The notes under the pieces are model-generated. The model made no database searches. It saw only the letters and a list, made by a program, of their open reading frames with translations, and was not told the DNA's origin. Shown piece after piece: positions 26,626 to 40,429 of a stretch of 57,379 bases of DNA (position 1 is the first letter of the stretch; every line of letters begins with the position of its first letter). A program made the translations under genes and the position numbers. Source of the DNA: a candidate division NC10 bacterium RIFCSPLOWO2_12_FULL_66_18 (lineage in GTDB: Bacteria; Methylomirabilota; Methylomirabilia; Methylomirabilales; 2-02-FULL-66-22); the NCBI GenBank assembly GCA_001771285.1, contig METI01000073.1, positions 1 through 57,379 of the forward strand. Direction: 5' to 3'.

Positions 26626-26816
26626 GTCGGGGAAACTATAACACAGGGAGGTGGTGGTGCAAAGCGCGCGGTCGTTCCGTCCGATCCGCTGGAAGGGACG
26701 CAGCAGGGCGGATCGGTGGAGCGCTCCACCGGAGGGGTTAGGGACCCTTTTCGGTTGCGACCCTCCCAACGCTGTGGTACAAGATGCGCCTGCCTGGCGA
26801 ATGGAAGTGAGCTTCT

Positions 26817-28064
26817 ATGGACGTGAAAGGGGAAGCCCGACGACAATTGGCCGTGCTCAAGGCCCGGAGCGTGGATCTCCTGGTCGAGGGGGAGCTGTAC
26901 CAGAAGCTCTGCCGGGCGCTGCGCACGGACACCCCGTTGCGGGTGAAGCTCGGATTGGATCCCACGGCGCCCGACCTGCACATCGGGCACAGCGTCGTCA
27001 TCCACAAGCTGCGGGAGTTTCAAGCCCTGGGCCACCAGGTCATCTTCCTCATCGGCGACTTCACGGGCATGATCGGCGACCCGAGCGGCCGATCCGAGAC
27101 CCGGAAGCCCCTGACTCCGGAGCAGATCCAGGAGAATGCGGAGACCTACAAACGCCAGATCTTCAAGATCCTGGATCCGGAGCGAACGATTATCGAATAC
27201 AACAGTCGCTGGGGCAAGGCGCTGGGGTCCGAGGGGATCATCAAGTTGGCGGCCCAATACACGGTGGCCCGGCTGCTGGAGCGAGATGACTTTCAGAAGC
27301 GCTTCAGCGAGGGGCGCCCCATCAGCCTCCACGAGTTCCTCTACCCGCTATTGCAGGGGTACGACTCCGTAGCGTTGCGGGCCGACGTCGAGTTGGGCGG
27401 GACCGACCAGAAGTTCAACCTGCTGGTCGGGCGCGAGCTCATGCGGGACAGCGGGCTGGAGCCGCAGGTCATCATGACCCTGCCGATCCTGGAGGGGCTG
27501 GACGGGGTGCAGAAGATGAGCAAGAGCCTGGGGAACTACATTGGGATCGACGAGCCCCCCCAGGCGATCTTCGGGAAGGCCATGTCCATCCCCGACCACC
27601 TGATCGTTCGCTACATGGAGCTGGCGACCGCCATCCCCCGAGAGGACATCACGGCGATCCGCACGGGGCTGGCCGATGGCTCGGTGCACCCCCGGGACGC
27701 CAAGGACCGATTGGCGATGGCCCTGGTCACCCAGTACCATTCGAACGAGGCGGCCGAGGAAGCGGCCCAATGGTTCCGGGAGACCTTCGTCGCCCGGATC
27801 TTCCCAGCCGATGCTCCGCCTGTAATCCCCCCTGCTGATCTGGTGGAGCCCGGGGGGGGTGTCTGGATCATCCGGCTGGTTACCCTGGCCGGCGCCGCGC
27901 CCAGCGGGTCGGAGGCCAGGCGTCTGATCCGGCAAGGGGGGGTCGAGGTAGACGGGAATGTCGTCCGGGACGAGGACTACCGTGTGATCCTGGACCGGGA
28001 GCGGCGCCTCCAGGTCGGAAAACGACGATTTTTCAGGGTGTTGCCACCGAAATCGGCCGCTTAG
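26817..28064 (+). CDS. tyrS: Tyrosine--tRNA ligase
   Basis: HIGH (DLHIGHS) and KMSKS motifs, S4-like C-terminal domain (RRLIRQGGVEVDG). Confidence 0.95.
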   Translation: MDVKGEARRQLAVLKARSVDLLVEGELYQKLCRALRTDTPLRVKLGLDPTAPDLHIGHSVVIHKLREFQALGHQVIFLIGDFTGMIGDPSGRSETRKPLTPEQIQENAETYKRQIFKILDPERTIIEYNSRWGKALGSEGIIKLAAQYTVARLLERDDFQKRFSEGRPISLHEFLYPLLQGYDSVALRADVELGGTDQKFNLLVGRELMRDSGLEPQVIMTLPILEGLDGVQKMSKSLGNYIGIDEPPQAIFGKAMSIPDHLIVRYMELATAIPREDITAIRTGLADGSVHPRDAKDRLAMALVTQYHSNEAAEEAAQWFRETFVARIFPADAPPVIPPADLVEPGGGVWIIRLVTLAGAAPSGSEARRLIRQGGVEVDGNVVRDEDYRVILDRERRLQVGKRRFFRVLPPKSAA

Positions 28065-28093
28065 GAGAGTAGGGGTCCTGGCGAAAAATTCTC

Positions 28094-28122
28094 TTGACAA
28101 ATCTCGCCGGGACGAGTAAAAG
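28094..28122 (+). promoter_or_regulatory. Possible rrn promoter P1
   Basis: TTGACA (28094-28099), 17-nt spacer, TAAAAG (28117-28122). Confidence 0.35.
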
Positions 28123-28159
28123 ACAACTCCTCTGACCGGTCGGCCCAGCGAGCGAGGCC

Positions 28160-28188
28160 TTGACCGGAACGGCTAGGTGTTCTATAAT
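28160..28188 (+). promoter_or_regulatory. rrn promoter P2
   Basis: TTGACC (28160-28165), 17-nt spacer, TATAAT (28183-28188), about 150 nt before the 16S. Confidence 0.55.
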
Positions 28189-28341
28189 ATTAGTGTGTGG
28201 CGGGAGGCGTTGTGGCCCGCCACTTCTGTTCTCTGACAATTGAATATCATTGCTACTGGCTTGTGGGTGGACACACGCGCAATTCCTCCCCGTCTGCCAG
28301 AGACGGGGTGGTCCGAGATCTCTCGGAAGAGAGAAAAGAAG

Positions 28342-29917
<1,576 letters not shown>

Positions 29918-30150
29918 AGCTGACCCCCCCGCCGAAAGGCGGGGTGCGATGCTTCGTGGTCGATTTACCCCAAGCTGGTAGCAATGATATCCCATGCACG
30001 CGCGCATCTGTGCTGATGCGCCGGCACGAGCGGGGAGGGACGCGATCCCTCCCCGATTTGTGTCGGGGGAGACATCCTGGCCGTGTGCGCAACCGGGCGG
30101 GCCCCTTGGGGCTCGAGCCGGGCTGGTCGGACATGCGGCCGGCCGCGGAT

Positions 30151-30227
30151 GGGCCTTTAGCTCAGCCGGTCAGAGCGCACGCTTGATAAGCGTGAGGTCC
30201 CTGGTTCGATCCCAGGAAGGCCCACCA
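30151..30227 (+). tRNA. tRNA-Ile (GAT)
   Basis: Acceptor gggcctt/aaggccc, anticodon stem cacgc/gcgtg with loop ttGATaa, CCA encoded. Located in the ITS. Confidence 0.9.
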
Positions 30228-30231
30228 ACGA

Positions 30232-30300
30232 ATTGAAGATTTGCGATTGACGATTTTCGATTTTCAATCGGCAATCGAAAATCCGCAATCGACAATTCGC
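30232..30300. repeat. AT-rich GATTG/CAATC-type hairpin between tRNA-Ile and tRNA-Ala
   Basis: gaagatttgcgattgacgattttcgatt / ttcaatcggcaatcgaaaatccgcaatcgacaattc. Same motif family as the tRNA-array spacers. Confidence 0.6.
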
Positions 30301-30304
30301 TCGT

Positions 30305-30380
30305 GGGGATGTAGCTCAGACGGGAGAGCACCTGCTTTGCACGCAGGGGGTCAGCGGTTCGATTCCGCTCATCTCCACCA
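30305..30380 (+). tRNA. tRNA-Ala (TGC)
   Basis: Acceptor ggggatg/catctcc with G3:U70, anticodon loop ttTGCac, CCA encoded. Confidence 0.9.
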
Positions 30381-30495
30381 GCACAGCGTCCAGATGCAAT
30401 GCGCGGGAGCCTTTGTCTCCGCCGTGGGCGGGGATCAGCTCTTTGACAACTGAATAGCGATCGGGTATCCACTCTGTTTCACCGAAGCAAAGTGG

Positions 30496-33509
<3,014 letters not shown>

Positions 33510-33580
33510 CCATATTTCTTTATCAGTATCATACGTCCGGGGAGCAGGGTGGATACCTCGATCGCTATTCTTCATCGCCC

Positions 33581-33910
33581 ATGCGACGCGCCTTCGTCCT
33601 GATCGGCCTCGGTGCGGCAGCGATTCTGGCCGGGGTGGCGTGGCTCGCCGCGGCGCAGTTCGGAGGGGGGGAGAAGACGCCTCTCGCGCCGATGCGCGCG
33701 GAAGCGCCCACGCCGATAAAGGTGGATCTCAACCAGGCGGGGGTGGAGGAACTGGGTCGCCTTCCCGGCATCACTCCGTCGCTCGCCGAGCGCATCGCCA
33801 GGAACCGACCGTATCGGAAGCTCGACGATCTCGTTACGCGGAAGGTTTTGGGGAAGAAACAGTTCGCACGGATCCGGGAGTTGGTGCTGGTAAACCGGGG
33901 CTCCCAGTGA
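33581..33910 (+). CDS. ComEA-like helix-hairpin-helix DNA-binding protein, inside the 23S-5S spacer
   Basis: 109 aa. TM/signal segment then VDLNQAGVEELGRLPGITPSLAERIARNRPYRKLDDLVTRKVLGKKQFARIRELV, the ComEA HhH pattern. Third positions are G/C-rich. The ORF-track start at 33497 overlaps the 23S. Confidence 0.7.
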   Translation: MRRAFVLIGLGAAAILAGVAWLAAAQFGGGEKTPLAPMRAEAPTPIKVDLNQAGVEELGRLPGITPSLAERIARNRPYRKLDDLVTRKVLGKKQFARIRELVLVNRGSQ

Positions 33911-33940
33911 GTCGTCGCGCCCAAGGGCATCTGTTCGATT

Positions 33941-34057
<117 letters not shown>

Positions 34058-34064
34058 TATTTAC

Positions 34065-34105
34065 CGAAGGCCTCACGCCGTCTGGCGTGAGGCCTTCGTG
34101 TTTTT
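34065..34105 (+). terminator. rrn operon terminator
   Basis: cgaaggcctcacgcc-gtct-ggcgtgaggccttcg followed by tgttttt. Confidence 0.8.
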
Positions 34106-34270
34106 GGCCAGCGAAGGCTGCTGGAATGCCGGGGATGTTCCGAACACAGGCACCCCATGTCGGCCAGGTGGACACCGCACGTGTGGAGATGTCGGGAATT
34201 CAATGGCTTGCTTGACAGCCATGCGAGGAATGTGTTACACAGAGTCGCGAAACCTCTTGGAAAACAAGGG

Positions 34271-35695
34271 ATGAAATCCTGTCGGGTCGGAAGGAAATTC
34301 AGGTACCTTCCGGGGTGGCGAGGTGCTGTCCTGGTCGGACTGTGTACGTTCTGCATTGCCCAGCAGGCCTGGGCAGCGCGGGCGAGCGGCGGCTCTTCTG
34401 CGGCGGACGCCACCATCACCCAGCTCCGCGTCGGGACCCATCCCACGTATACGCGCGTCGTCCTGGATACGGCAGGTCCTCTGGAATGGTCAATCCAGGA
34501 GGAGGGAAAGCAGGCCCTGCGGGTCGTGGTGCCCGGAGGCGTGCTGGCCCAGGGCATTCGCCGGCTGGAACTGCGGAAGGGGATCGTGCGGGCCGTCGAG
34601 CCGATCCAGCGATCCGGGGGCGCTGAGGTCACGCTCCTCTTTCCGCACCCGCGCGGTAAAATCCGCGCGTTCTCCCTCAAAGATCCCGACAGGATCGTCA
34701 TCGACGTTCTGGTTGCCGCGGGAGGCGAAGGGGGTGAACCGCCGATTCAGCCACAGACGGTCGCCTCGACCCCGGCTGCCTCCGCCTTGATCGCGTCTCC
34801 GCCCGCGGGAAGGCGCGATCCAGGGGCGGAGGCTCGACCGACCGGAAGCACCGCAGCGACCCCAGGACGGGCCACCCGGACCCCGGACGCCACAGGCTCA
34901 TCGCCCACGGATTCCCTCAAGGAAGAAGGGCGGCCGTCCCCGACGATGCCCAACCGTGGGGTCGGCGCCGTGGGGCTGACCGTGGTCCTGGATCCCGGGC
35001 ACGGGGGCCACGACACCGGGGCCGTGGGGCCCACGGGCCTCATGGAGAAGGACGTCGTCCTGGACCTGGCCTTGCGGTTGCGACGCCTCCTCCAGGAGCG
35101 GCTCGGTGTCCGGGTGATCCTGACGCGGGAGGAGGATGTCTTCGTCCCATTACAGGTGCGCACCGCCATCGCCAACCGGGCCAAGGTGGATTTCTTCATC
35201 AGCCTGCATGTGAATGGCGCTGCCAAGCGCGGCGCGGTCGGCTTCGAGACCTTCTACTTCACCCGCGAGCCGTCCGATAACGATGCTCGGGGGTCGGCCC
35301 AACGGGAAAACCTGCTGATCGAGACGGACGGCACCCGAGCGAAAGATCAGGAATCCCTGCTCCGAATCACCCTGGCGGATATGGCTGTGACCCGGGACAT
35401 GCGAGAATCGAGTGAACTGGCCGAACTCGTGTTGGGCTCGCTGGACAAGCTGCTGAAAGTGGAGAATCGGGGGGTGAAGTCCGGGCCCTTCTACGTCCTG
35501 GCCACGGCTGCCATGCCGGCTATTCTGGTAGAGGGCGCCTTCATCACCAACCCCAAGGAGGAGCGCAAGCTCCAACGGGAGGCCTACCGTCAGCGCGTGG
35601 CCGAGGCGTTGTACGAGGGGATCGCCAAGTACAAGGCGCGATACGAACGGCGGGTGGGGATGGGCAGCGGCGCCCCGGCCGCCACGGATTCGTGA
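34271..35695 (+). CDS. N-acetylmuramoyl-L-alanine amidase with AMIN domain (AmiC-like)
   Basis: Signal peptide, AMIN-like ITQLRVGTHPTYTRVVLD, Pro/Ala-rich linker, Amidase_3 (VVLDPGHGGHDTGAVG...FISLHVNG...GPFYVL). ATG 34271 chosen as start. Confidence 0.85.
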   Translation: MKSCRVGRKFRYLPGWRGAVLVGLCTFCIAQQAWAARASGGSSAADATITQLRVGTHPTYTRVVLDTAGPLEWSIQEEGKQALRVVVPGGVLAQGIRRLELRKGIVRAVEPIQRSGGAEVTLLFPHPRGKIRAFSLKDPDRIVIDVLVAAGGEGGEPPIQPQTVASTPAASALIASPPAGRRDPGAEARPTGSTAATPGRATRTPDATGSSPTDSLKEEGRPSPTMPNRGVGAVGLTVVLDPGHGGHDTGAVGPTGLMEKDVVLDLALRLRRLLQERLGVRVILTREEDVFVPLQVRTAIANRAKVDFFISLHVNGAAKRGAVGFETFYFTREPSDNDARGSAQRENLLIETDGTRAKDQESLLRITLADMAVTRDMRESSELAELVLGSLDKLLKVENRGVKSGPFYVLATAAMPAILVEGAFITNPKEERKLQREAYRQRVAEALYEGIAKYKARYERRVGMGSGAPAATDS

Positions 35696-35699
35696 CCCG

Positions 35700-36323
35700 A
35701 TGTCCGGCGCCGTCCGCCAGCCCGTGCTCTGGCCATGGGTGGGTTTCCTCGTCGCCAGCCTGGGCGTGACCGGCACCATCGCCTGGCATGCCCGGTCCCG
35801 TCTGCCGAACCAGTTGACCGCGGGATCGCGTCCGGCGGCCGTGCAGCGCCCCGCGCAGCCCCCCGCGGTCGAGCGCCAACGGATTCGTCTGTTCTTCCCG
35901 CGGGAATCGGGTGACGCCCTGAAGGAGCTGGAGCGGGAGATCCCGCGCCGGGCCACCCTGGAGGAGCAGGTGCGGGCCGTCCTCCGCGAGCTGGCCATCG
36001 GCGGGGTCCCCGGGAGCCGGCCTCCCCTTCCACCGGGGATCGAAATCCGCCAGGTGTTCCTGGATGCCTTCGGGATCATCTATCTGGATTTCGGCAAGGG
36101 GCTCCAGTCGGTGATCAACGCGCCGGGGGCCCAACCGGAGCTTGTCGTATCGGCCATCGCCACCACCCTCTCCAGCACCTTCAGCGAGATCAAGCGCGTG
36201 CAGTTCCTCGTCGAGGGCCAGGAGTTGACAGTGGCGGCCGGGGGCCTGGACCTCCGCCGTCCCATCGGGCCCCGTTTCCCCGGCGAGGAGAGTCCGCCCG
36301 TCGTGTCTCAACCTCAGGAATAA
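35700..36323 (+). CDS. GerMN domain-containing protein
   Basis: TM anchor then [10 protein letters not shown]...[15 protein letters not shown]...[11 protein letters not shown]...[11 protein letters not shown], typical of GerM-like proteins. Follows the amidase gene. Confidence 0.7.
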   Translation: MSGAVRQPVLWPWVGFLVASLGVTGTIAWHARSRLPNQLTAGSRPAAVQRPAQPPAVERQRIRLFFPRESGDALKELEREIPRRATLEEQVRAVLRELAIGGVPGSRPPLPPGIEIRQVFLDAFGIIYLDFGKGLQSVINAPGAQPELVVSAIATTLSSTFSEIKRVQFLVEGQELTVAAGGLDLRRPIGPRFPGEESPPVVSQPQE

Positions 36324-36336
36324 GGATAAGGGGCTC

Positions 36337-37071
36337 ATGCGGCCAGACGGACGGCGAGCGGATGAGATGCGCCCGGTGACCATCCACCGAGACTTCCTCC
36401 GGCACGCGGAGGGATCGGTGCTGATCACAGTGGGAGAGACCAAGGTCATCTGCACGGCCAGCGTGGAGGACCGGGTCCCGCAGTTCCTGCGCGAGACCGG
36501 GCAGGGCTGGGTGACGGCGGAGTACGGGATGCTCCCCCGTTCGACCAAAACCCGCACTCCGCGGGAGGTATCCGCGGGCCGGCCCAGCGGCCGCACGTTC
36601 GAAATCCAGCGCTTGGTCGGGCGTTCCCTCCGCGGCGTCACCGACCTGGCCGCCCTGGGCGAGCGGACCATCTGGATCGACTGCGACGTCATCCAGGCGG
36701 ATGGGGGCACCCGCACGGCCGCCATCACCGGGGCCTTCATCTCCCTGGCCGACGCGCTGCACACCTTGCGGGATAACGGCCGGATCACCAGTCTGCCCCT
36801 GAAGGACTTCGTGGCGGCCACCAGCATCGGGCTCGTGGAAGGGGAGGTGGTGCTGGACCTGTGCTACGCCGAAGATTCCATCGCGGATGTTGACATGAAC
36901 GTCGTGATGACGGGCGCCGGAAAATACATCGAGATCCAGGGCACGGCCGAGGAATCGCCGTTCGACCGGTCGCAGTTGGAGTCCATGTTGCAACTGGCCG
37001 GGACCGGCATCCGAGAACTCATTGCCATTCAGCGAAAACTTCTCGGGGAGAGGTTCGCAGGCGGCAAATAG
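36337..37071 (+). CDS. rph: Ribonuclease PH
   Basis: [16 protein letters not shown]...[19 protein letters not shown]...[14 protein letters not shown]...[19 protein letters not shown]. Confidence 0.95.
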   Translation: MRPDGRRADEMRPVTIHRDFLRHAEGSVLITVGETKVICTASVEDRVPQFLRETGQGWVTAEYGMLPRSTKTRTPREVSAGRPSGRTFEIQRLVGRSLRGVTDLAALGERTIWIDCDVIQADGGTRTAAITGAFISLADALHTLRDNGRITSLPLKDFVAATSIGLVEGEVVLDLCYAEDSIADVDMNVVMTGAGKYIEIQGTAEESPFDRSQLESMLQLAGTGIRELIAIQRKLLGERFAGGK

Positions 37072-37075
37072 TCCC

Positions 37076-37104
37076 TTGACAAATCTGCCCCCCCTTCCTA
37101 GAAT
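37076..37104 (+). promoter_or_regulatory. Consensus sigma70-like hexamers at the rph/rdgB junction
   Basis: TTGACA (37076-37081), 17-nt spacer, TAGAAT (37099-37104). The 12-mer cttgacaaatct is shared with rrn P1. Confidence 0.4.
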
Positions 37105-37705
37105 CACGCTGGTCGTCGCGACCGGGAACCCCGGAAAATTCAACGAGATCGCCGCGTTGCTGCAGGGCCTGGAGGTCCTGCTCCTGCCGCTCGACCGGAT
37201 CGGACCGATCGAGGTTCCTCCGGAGGGCGGCGAGTCGTTTCAGGAGAACGCCTGTCGCAAGGCGCGAGCGGTGGCGAAGGCGTCGGGCCACCTTGCGCTC
37301 GCGGATGACTCGGGGCTGGAGGTGGACGCGTTGGGCGGGCGGCCGGGAGTCCTCTCGGCCCGGTTCGGCGGACCGCAGGCCACCGATCCTGACCGCAATG
37401 CGTTGCTGCTGGAGATGCTGCGGGGCATCCCGTCAGACCGGCGGACGGCGCGATTTCGGTGTGTGGTGGCGATCGCCGAACCCGCGGGTCGCGTGCGGGT
37501 AGCCGAGGGAATCTGCGAGGGGCGGATTGCCGCGGCGGCAAGGGGGTTTCACGGCTTTGGCTACGATTCCATCTTCGAGCTCCCGTCCCTGGGAAAGACC
37601 TTCGCCGAAGTATCTCCGGAGGTCAAGAACCGGCTGAGCCACCGCGCCCAGGCCATGGCAGGAGCGCGGGAGATCCTGCGGGAGATCCCGGCGGGTCGCG
37701 GCTGA
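37076..37705 (+). CDS. rdgB: Non-canonical purine NTP pyrophosphatase (RdgB/HAM1 family); start uncertain
   Basis: [16 protein letters not shown]...[19 protein letters not shown]...GFGYDSIF...SHRAQA. There is no ATG or GTG near the conserved N-terminus. TTG 37076 or CTG 37109 are the candidates. Confidence 0.8.
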   Translation: MTNLPPLPRITLVVATGNPGKFNEIAALLQGLEVLLLPLDRIGPIEVPPEGGESFQENACRKARAVAKASGHLALADDSGLEVDALGGRPGVLSARFGGPQATDPDRNALLLEMLRGIPSDRRTARFRCVVAIAEPAGRVRVAEGICEGRIAAAARGFHGFGYDSIFELPSLGKTFAEVSPEVKNRLSHRAQAMAGAREILREIPAGRG

Positions 37706-37761
37706 TCCCACGAGGATCGGATGCGCCTCTGCGGGGGCGGGGCGGTGGGTCGTCTCTGGGT

Positions 37762-37800
37762 GTGGCACAGCCCGGTAACGCACCTGCTTTGGGACAGGGT
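37762..37800 (+). pseudogene. tRNA-Pro fragment (D-arm plus anticodon arm only)
   Basis: gtggcacagcccggtaacgcacctgctttgggacagggt versus the genuine gtggcgcagcctggtagcgcacctgctttgggagcaggg. No acceptor or T-arm. A second piece, tcggggcga (about 37850), copies the tRNA 5' end. Confidence 0.55.
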
Positions 37801-37860
37801 GTCCCGTAACAACCGCAATCGGATCTCTGGTCGGGGCGAGGGACAGGGACTGGGATAGAT

Positions 37861-37937
37861 CGGGGCGTGGCGCAGCCTGGTAGCGCACCTGCTTTGGGAG
37901 CAGGGGGCCGGAGGTTCAAATCCTCTCGCCCCGACCA
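37861..37937 (+). tRNA. tRNA-Pro (TGG)
   Basis: Acceptor cggggcg/cgccccg, anticodon stem cctgc/gcagg with loop ttTGGga, CCA encoded. Confidence 0.9.
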
Positions 37938-38007
37938 GTCGGGGAACGTATTGCAGATTGCAGATTTGACAATCTCCGATCTGCCATCTGAAATCTCAAA
38001 TGGCATT

Positions 38008-38085
38008 GCGCCTGTAGCTCAGCCCGGATAGAGCAACGGCCTCCGGAGCCGTGTGTCGGGTGTTCAAATCACCCCAGGCGCGCCA
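38008..38085 (+). tRNA. tRNA-Arg (CCG)
   Basis: Acceptor gcgcctg/caggcgc, anticodon stem acggc/gccgt with loop ctCCGga, CCA encoded. Confidence 0.9.
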
Positions 38086-38189
38086 GACGATTTGTGATTG
38101 ATGATTTGCGATTGACGATTTGACTGAGGCTGTGATGCTAGGCGGTCCGGGAAATCGAAAATCCTCAATCACCAATCGCAAATGGACAT

Positions 38190-38267
38190 GGTGAGCGTAG
38201 CTCAAATGGTCAGAGCACTGGACTGTGGCTCCAGGGGTTGAGGGTTCGAGTCCCTCCGTTCACCCCA
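38190..38267 (+). tRNA. tRNA-His (GTG)
   Basis: Encoded G-1 opposite discriminator C, anticodon stem ctgga/tccag with loop ctGTGgc, CCA encoded. Confidence 0.9.
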
Positions 38268-38380
38268 CGATGGGGGGTTTTCGATTGGCGATTTGCGATT
38301 GCCGATTGCACAAAGAGTCGAAGCCGGGGCGATTTGGACAAATCGAAAATCGGCAATCCTAAATTGGCAATGAGAAGGGG

Positions 38381-38457
38381 GCGCCCGTAGCTCAGTTGGA
38401 TAGAGCGGCTGGCTTCGAACCAGCAGGTCGGGAGTTCAATCCTCTCCGGGCGCGCCA
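38381..38457 (+). tRNA. tRNA-Arg (TCG)
   Basis: Acceptor gcgcccg/cgggcgc, anticodon stem gctgg/ccagc with loop ctTCGaa, CCA encoded. Confidence 0.9.
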
Positions 38458-38577
38458 CGGACGGCGGTTGGGGATTTTCGATTGGTGATTTCCGATTGGC
38501 GATTGCCTCGGAGCGTGTGCCCTTGCGGCCCGGGAAAATCGAAAATCGCCAATCCTCAATCGACGATGGGTTGAGGG

Positions 38578-38653
38578 GCGCCTGTAGCTCAGTGGAGAGA
38601 GCAACTGCCTTCTAAGCAGTGGGCCGGGCGTTCGAGTCGCCCCAGGCGCACCA
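38578..38653 (+). tRNA. tRNA-Arg (TCT)
   Basis: Acceptor gcgcctg/caggcgc, anticodon stem actgc/gcagt with loop ctTCTaa, CCA encoded. Confidence 0.9.
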
Positions 38654-38762
38654 CGTCATTTTCGATTGGTGATTTGGGATTGTCGATTGGGCCGATTCAG
38701 AAGTTTCCGGGCGGCGGAAAATCGAAAATCATCAATCCTAAATCGTAAATTGGGAAAGGGAT

Positions 38763-38838
<76 letters not shown>

Positions 38839-38942
38839 CACTCACAAGTGGATTTCCGATTGTGGATTGGTGAATGCCGATTGAACTGCAATGCCGAGCG
38901 GTGAAATCGAAAATCCTCAATCGGCAATCGACGATCACCCTG

Positions 38943-39026
38943 GCGAGAGTGGCGGAATGGCAGACGCGTCCCGTTTAGGGCGGGATGGGGCGACCCGTGG
39001 GGGTTCAACTCCCCCCTCTCGCACCA
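38943..39026 (+). tRNA. tRNA-Leu (TAG)
   Basis: Acceptor gcgagag/ctctcgc, anticodon stem tcccg/cggga with loop ttTAGgg, long variable arm, CCA encoded. Confidence 0.9.
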
Positions 39027-39062
39027 CCTGGGCGTCGGATCGCCGAGACAACGCGAGCACAC

Positions 39063-40367
39063 ATGAAAGTCACCGTTGAGGCGTTGAGTCCATCCAAGCG
39101 AGCCCTTCACGTGGAGCTCCCGCCCGAGCGGGTCGCCGCGACGATGGAGGCGACCCTGCGCGAGTTGGGCCGGAAGATCCAGGTCCCCGGGTTCCGCCGG
39201 GGGAGAGTCCCCCCCGAGATCATCCAGCGCCGCTTCCAATCGGACCTCCAGGAGGAGGTCCTCCGGGAGTTGATCCCGGACTCCTACCGGCAGGCCCTGG
39301 CCCAGACCGACCTCACGCCGGTGAGCCAACCCCGGGTGGACGACGTCCACTTCCACGAAGGGGAACCATTGCGCTATCGGGCCGTGGTGGAGGTGAAACC
39401 GCCGGTGGATGTGACCAACTACCGGGGGATCGCGCTGGAGCGAAATTCCGTCGAGGTGACGGACCAGGAGGTGGACCGCGCCCTGGAGTACCTCCGGGAG
39501 GACGCGGCGGAGTACGTGCCCATGGAAGGCTGGCCGGCCCTGCGGGACGACCTGATCATCCTGGACCACGAAGGCACGATTCACGGAAAGCCCTTCAAGG
39601 GGGGCAGCGGAAAGAATCTGACCCTGCTCGTGGGACGCGGAGGGCCCCTCCCGGGATTCGAGGAACAGGTCCTGGGGATGCAGAAGGGCGACGCCAAACA
39701 GTTCCGCCTCCCCTTCCCCGAGGACTTCCCCCGCAAAGAGCTGGCAGGGCGCACGGCCGAGTTCAAGGTGACAGTCAAGGAGGTCAAGAAGCGCCGCGTG
39801 CCGGAACTCAACGACGAGTTCGCCCGGACGGTGGGGGACGTGGATTCCCTGGCGGCGCTCCGCGACAAGCTGCGGGACCAGCTCAAGGAACGCAAGACCC
39901 GCGATCAGGAGGCGGAGCTGAAGCACGCGCTGCTGGAGAAGCTGGCCGCGACCCACGAGGTGGAGGCGCCGGAATCGCTGGTCGAGGTCGAGGCCGGCTC
40001 GCTGCTCCGGGAGATGCTGGGAACGGTCCGGGCCTCCGGCGGCCGGGTCGAGGGGCTGCCCGAGAACGCCGAGGGGCTGACGGCCAAGGCCCTCGAGGTC
40101 GCTCGGCGGCGGGTCAAGGAGTCGCTCCTCCTGGAGGCGGTGGCGCGGCAGGAGTCCCTGACGGTCAGCCAGGAGGAGATCGAGGCTGAGATCCAGGCGA
40201 TCGCGACGGCCTATCCCGCCGGAGGCGAGGCCGCAGTGCGGCGCGCCCTGGAGGATCCGGCCCGGCGGGCCGGCCTCACGGCCCGCCTGTTGGAGCGGAA
40301 GGCGCTGGATTTCCTGTACCAGCACGCGACGATCACGGACGCCTACAATCTCATCACACCCGGATAA
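39063..40367 (+). CDS. tig: Trigger factor
   Basis: MKVTVEALSPSKRALHVELP...VPGFRRGRVP (ribosome-binding GFRxGxxP), FKBP-type middle domain. The ORF-track start at 38985 overlaps tRNA-Leu. Confidence 0.95.
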   Translation: MKVTVEALSPSKRALHVELPPERVAATMEATLRELGRKIQVPGFRRGRVPPEIIQRRFQSDLQEEVLRELIPDSYRQALAQTDLTPVSQPRVDDVHFHEGEPLRYRAVVEVKPPVDVTNYRGIALERNSVEVTDQEVDRALEYLREDAAEYVPMEGWPALRDDLIILDHEGTIHGKPFKGGSGKNLTLLVGRGGPLPGFEEQVLGMQKGDAKQFRLPFPEDFPRKELAGRTAEFKVTVKEVKKRRVPELNDEFARTVGDVDSLAALRDKLRDQLKERKTRDQEAELKHALLEKLAATHEVEAPESLVEVEAGSLLREMLGTVRASGGRVEGLPENAEGLTAKALEVARRRVKESLLLEAVARQESLTVSQEEIEAEIQAIATAYPAGGEAAVRRALEDPARRAGLTARLLERKALDFLYQHATITDAYNLITPG

Positions 40368-40429
40368 CCATCGGGCAGGCCGGCGCGGGCCGGAGGCGAG
40401 AGGGAACGACATCCGGGTGAGGAGGCGGC

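Noticed and set aside
26626-26816. Structured leader upstream of tyrS (palindrome ggtggagcgctccacc and further stems), considered as a T-box riboswitch
   Set aside because: I found no T-box sequence, no terminator/antiterminator pair and no U-tract. It is more likely a divergent promoter region shared with PBP1A.
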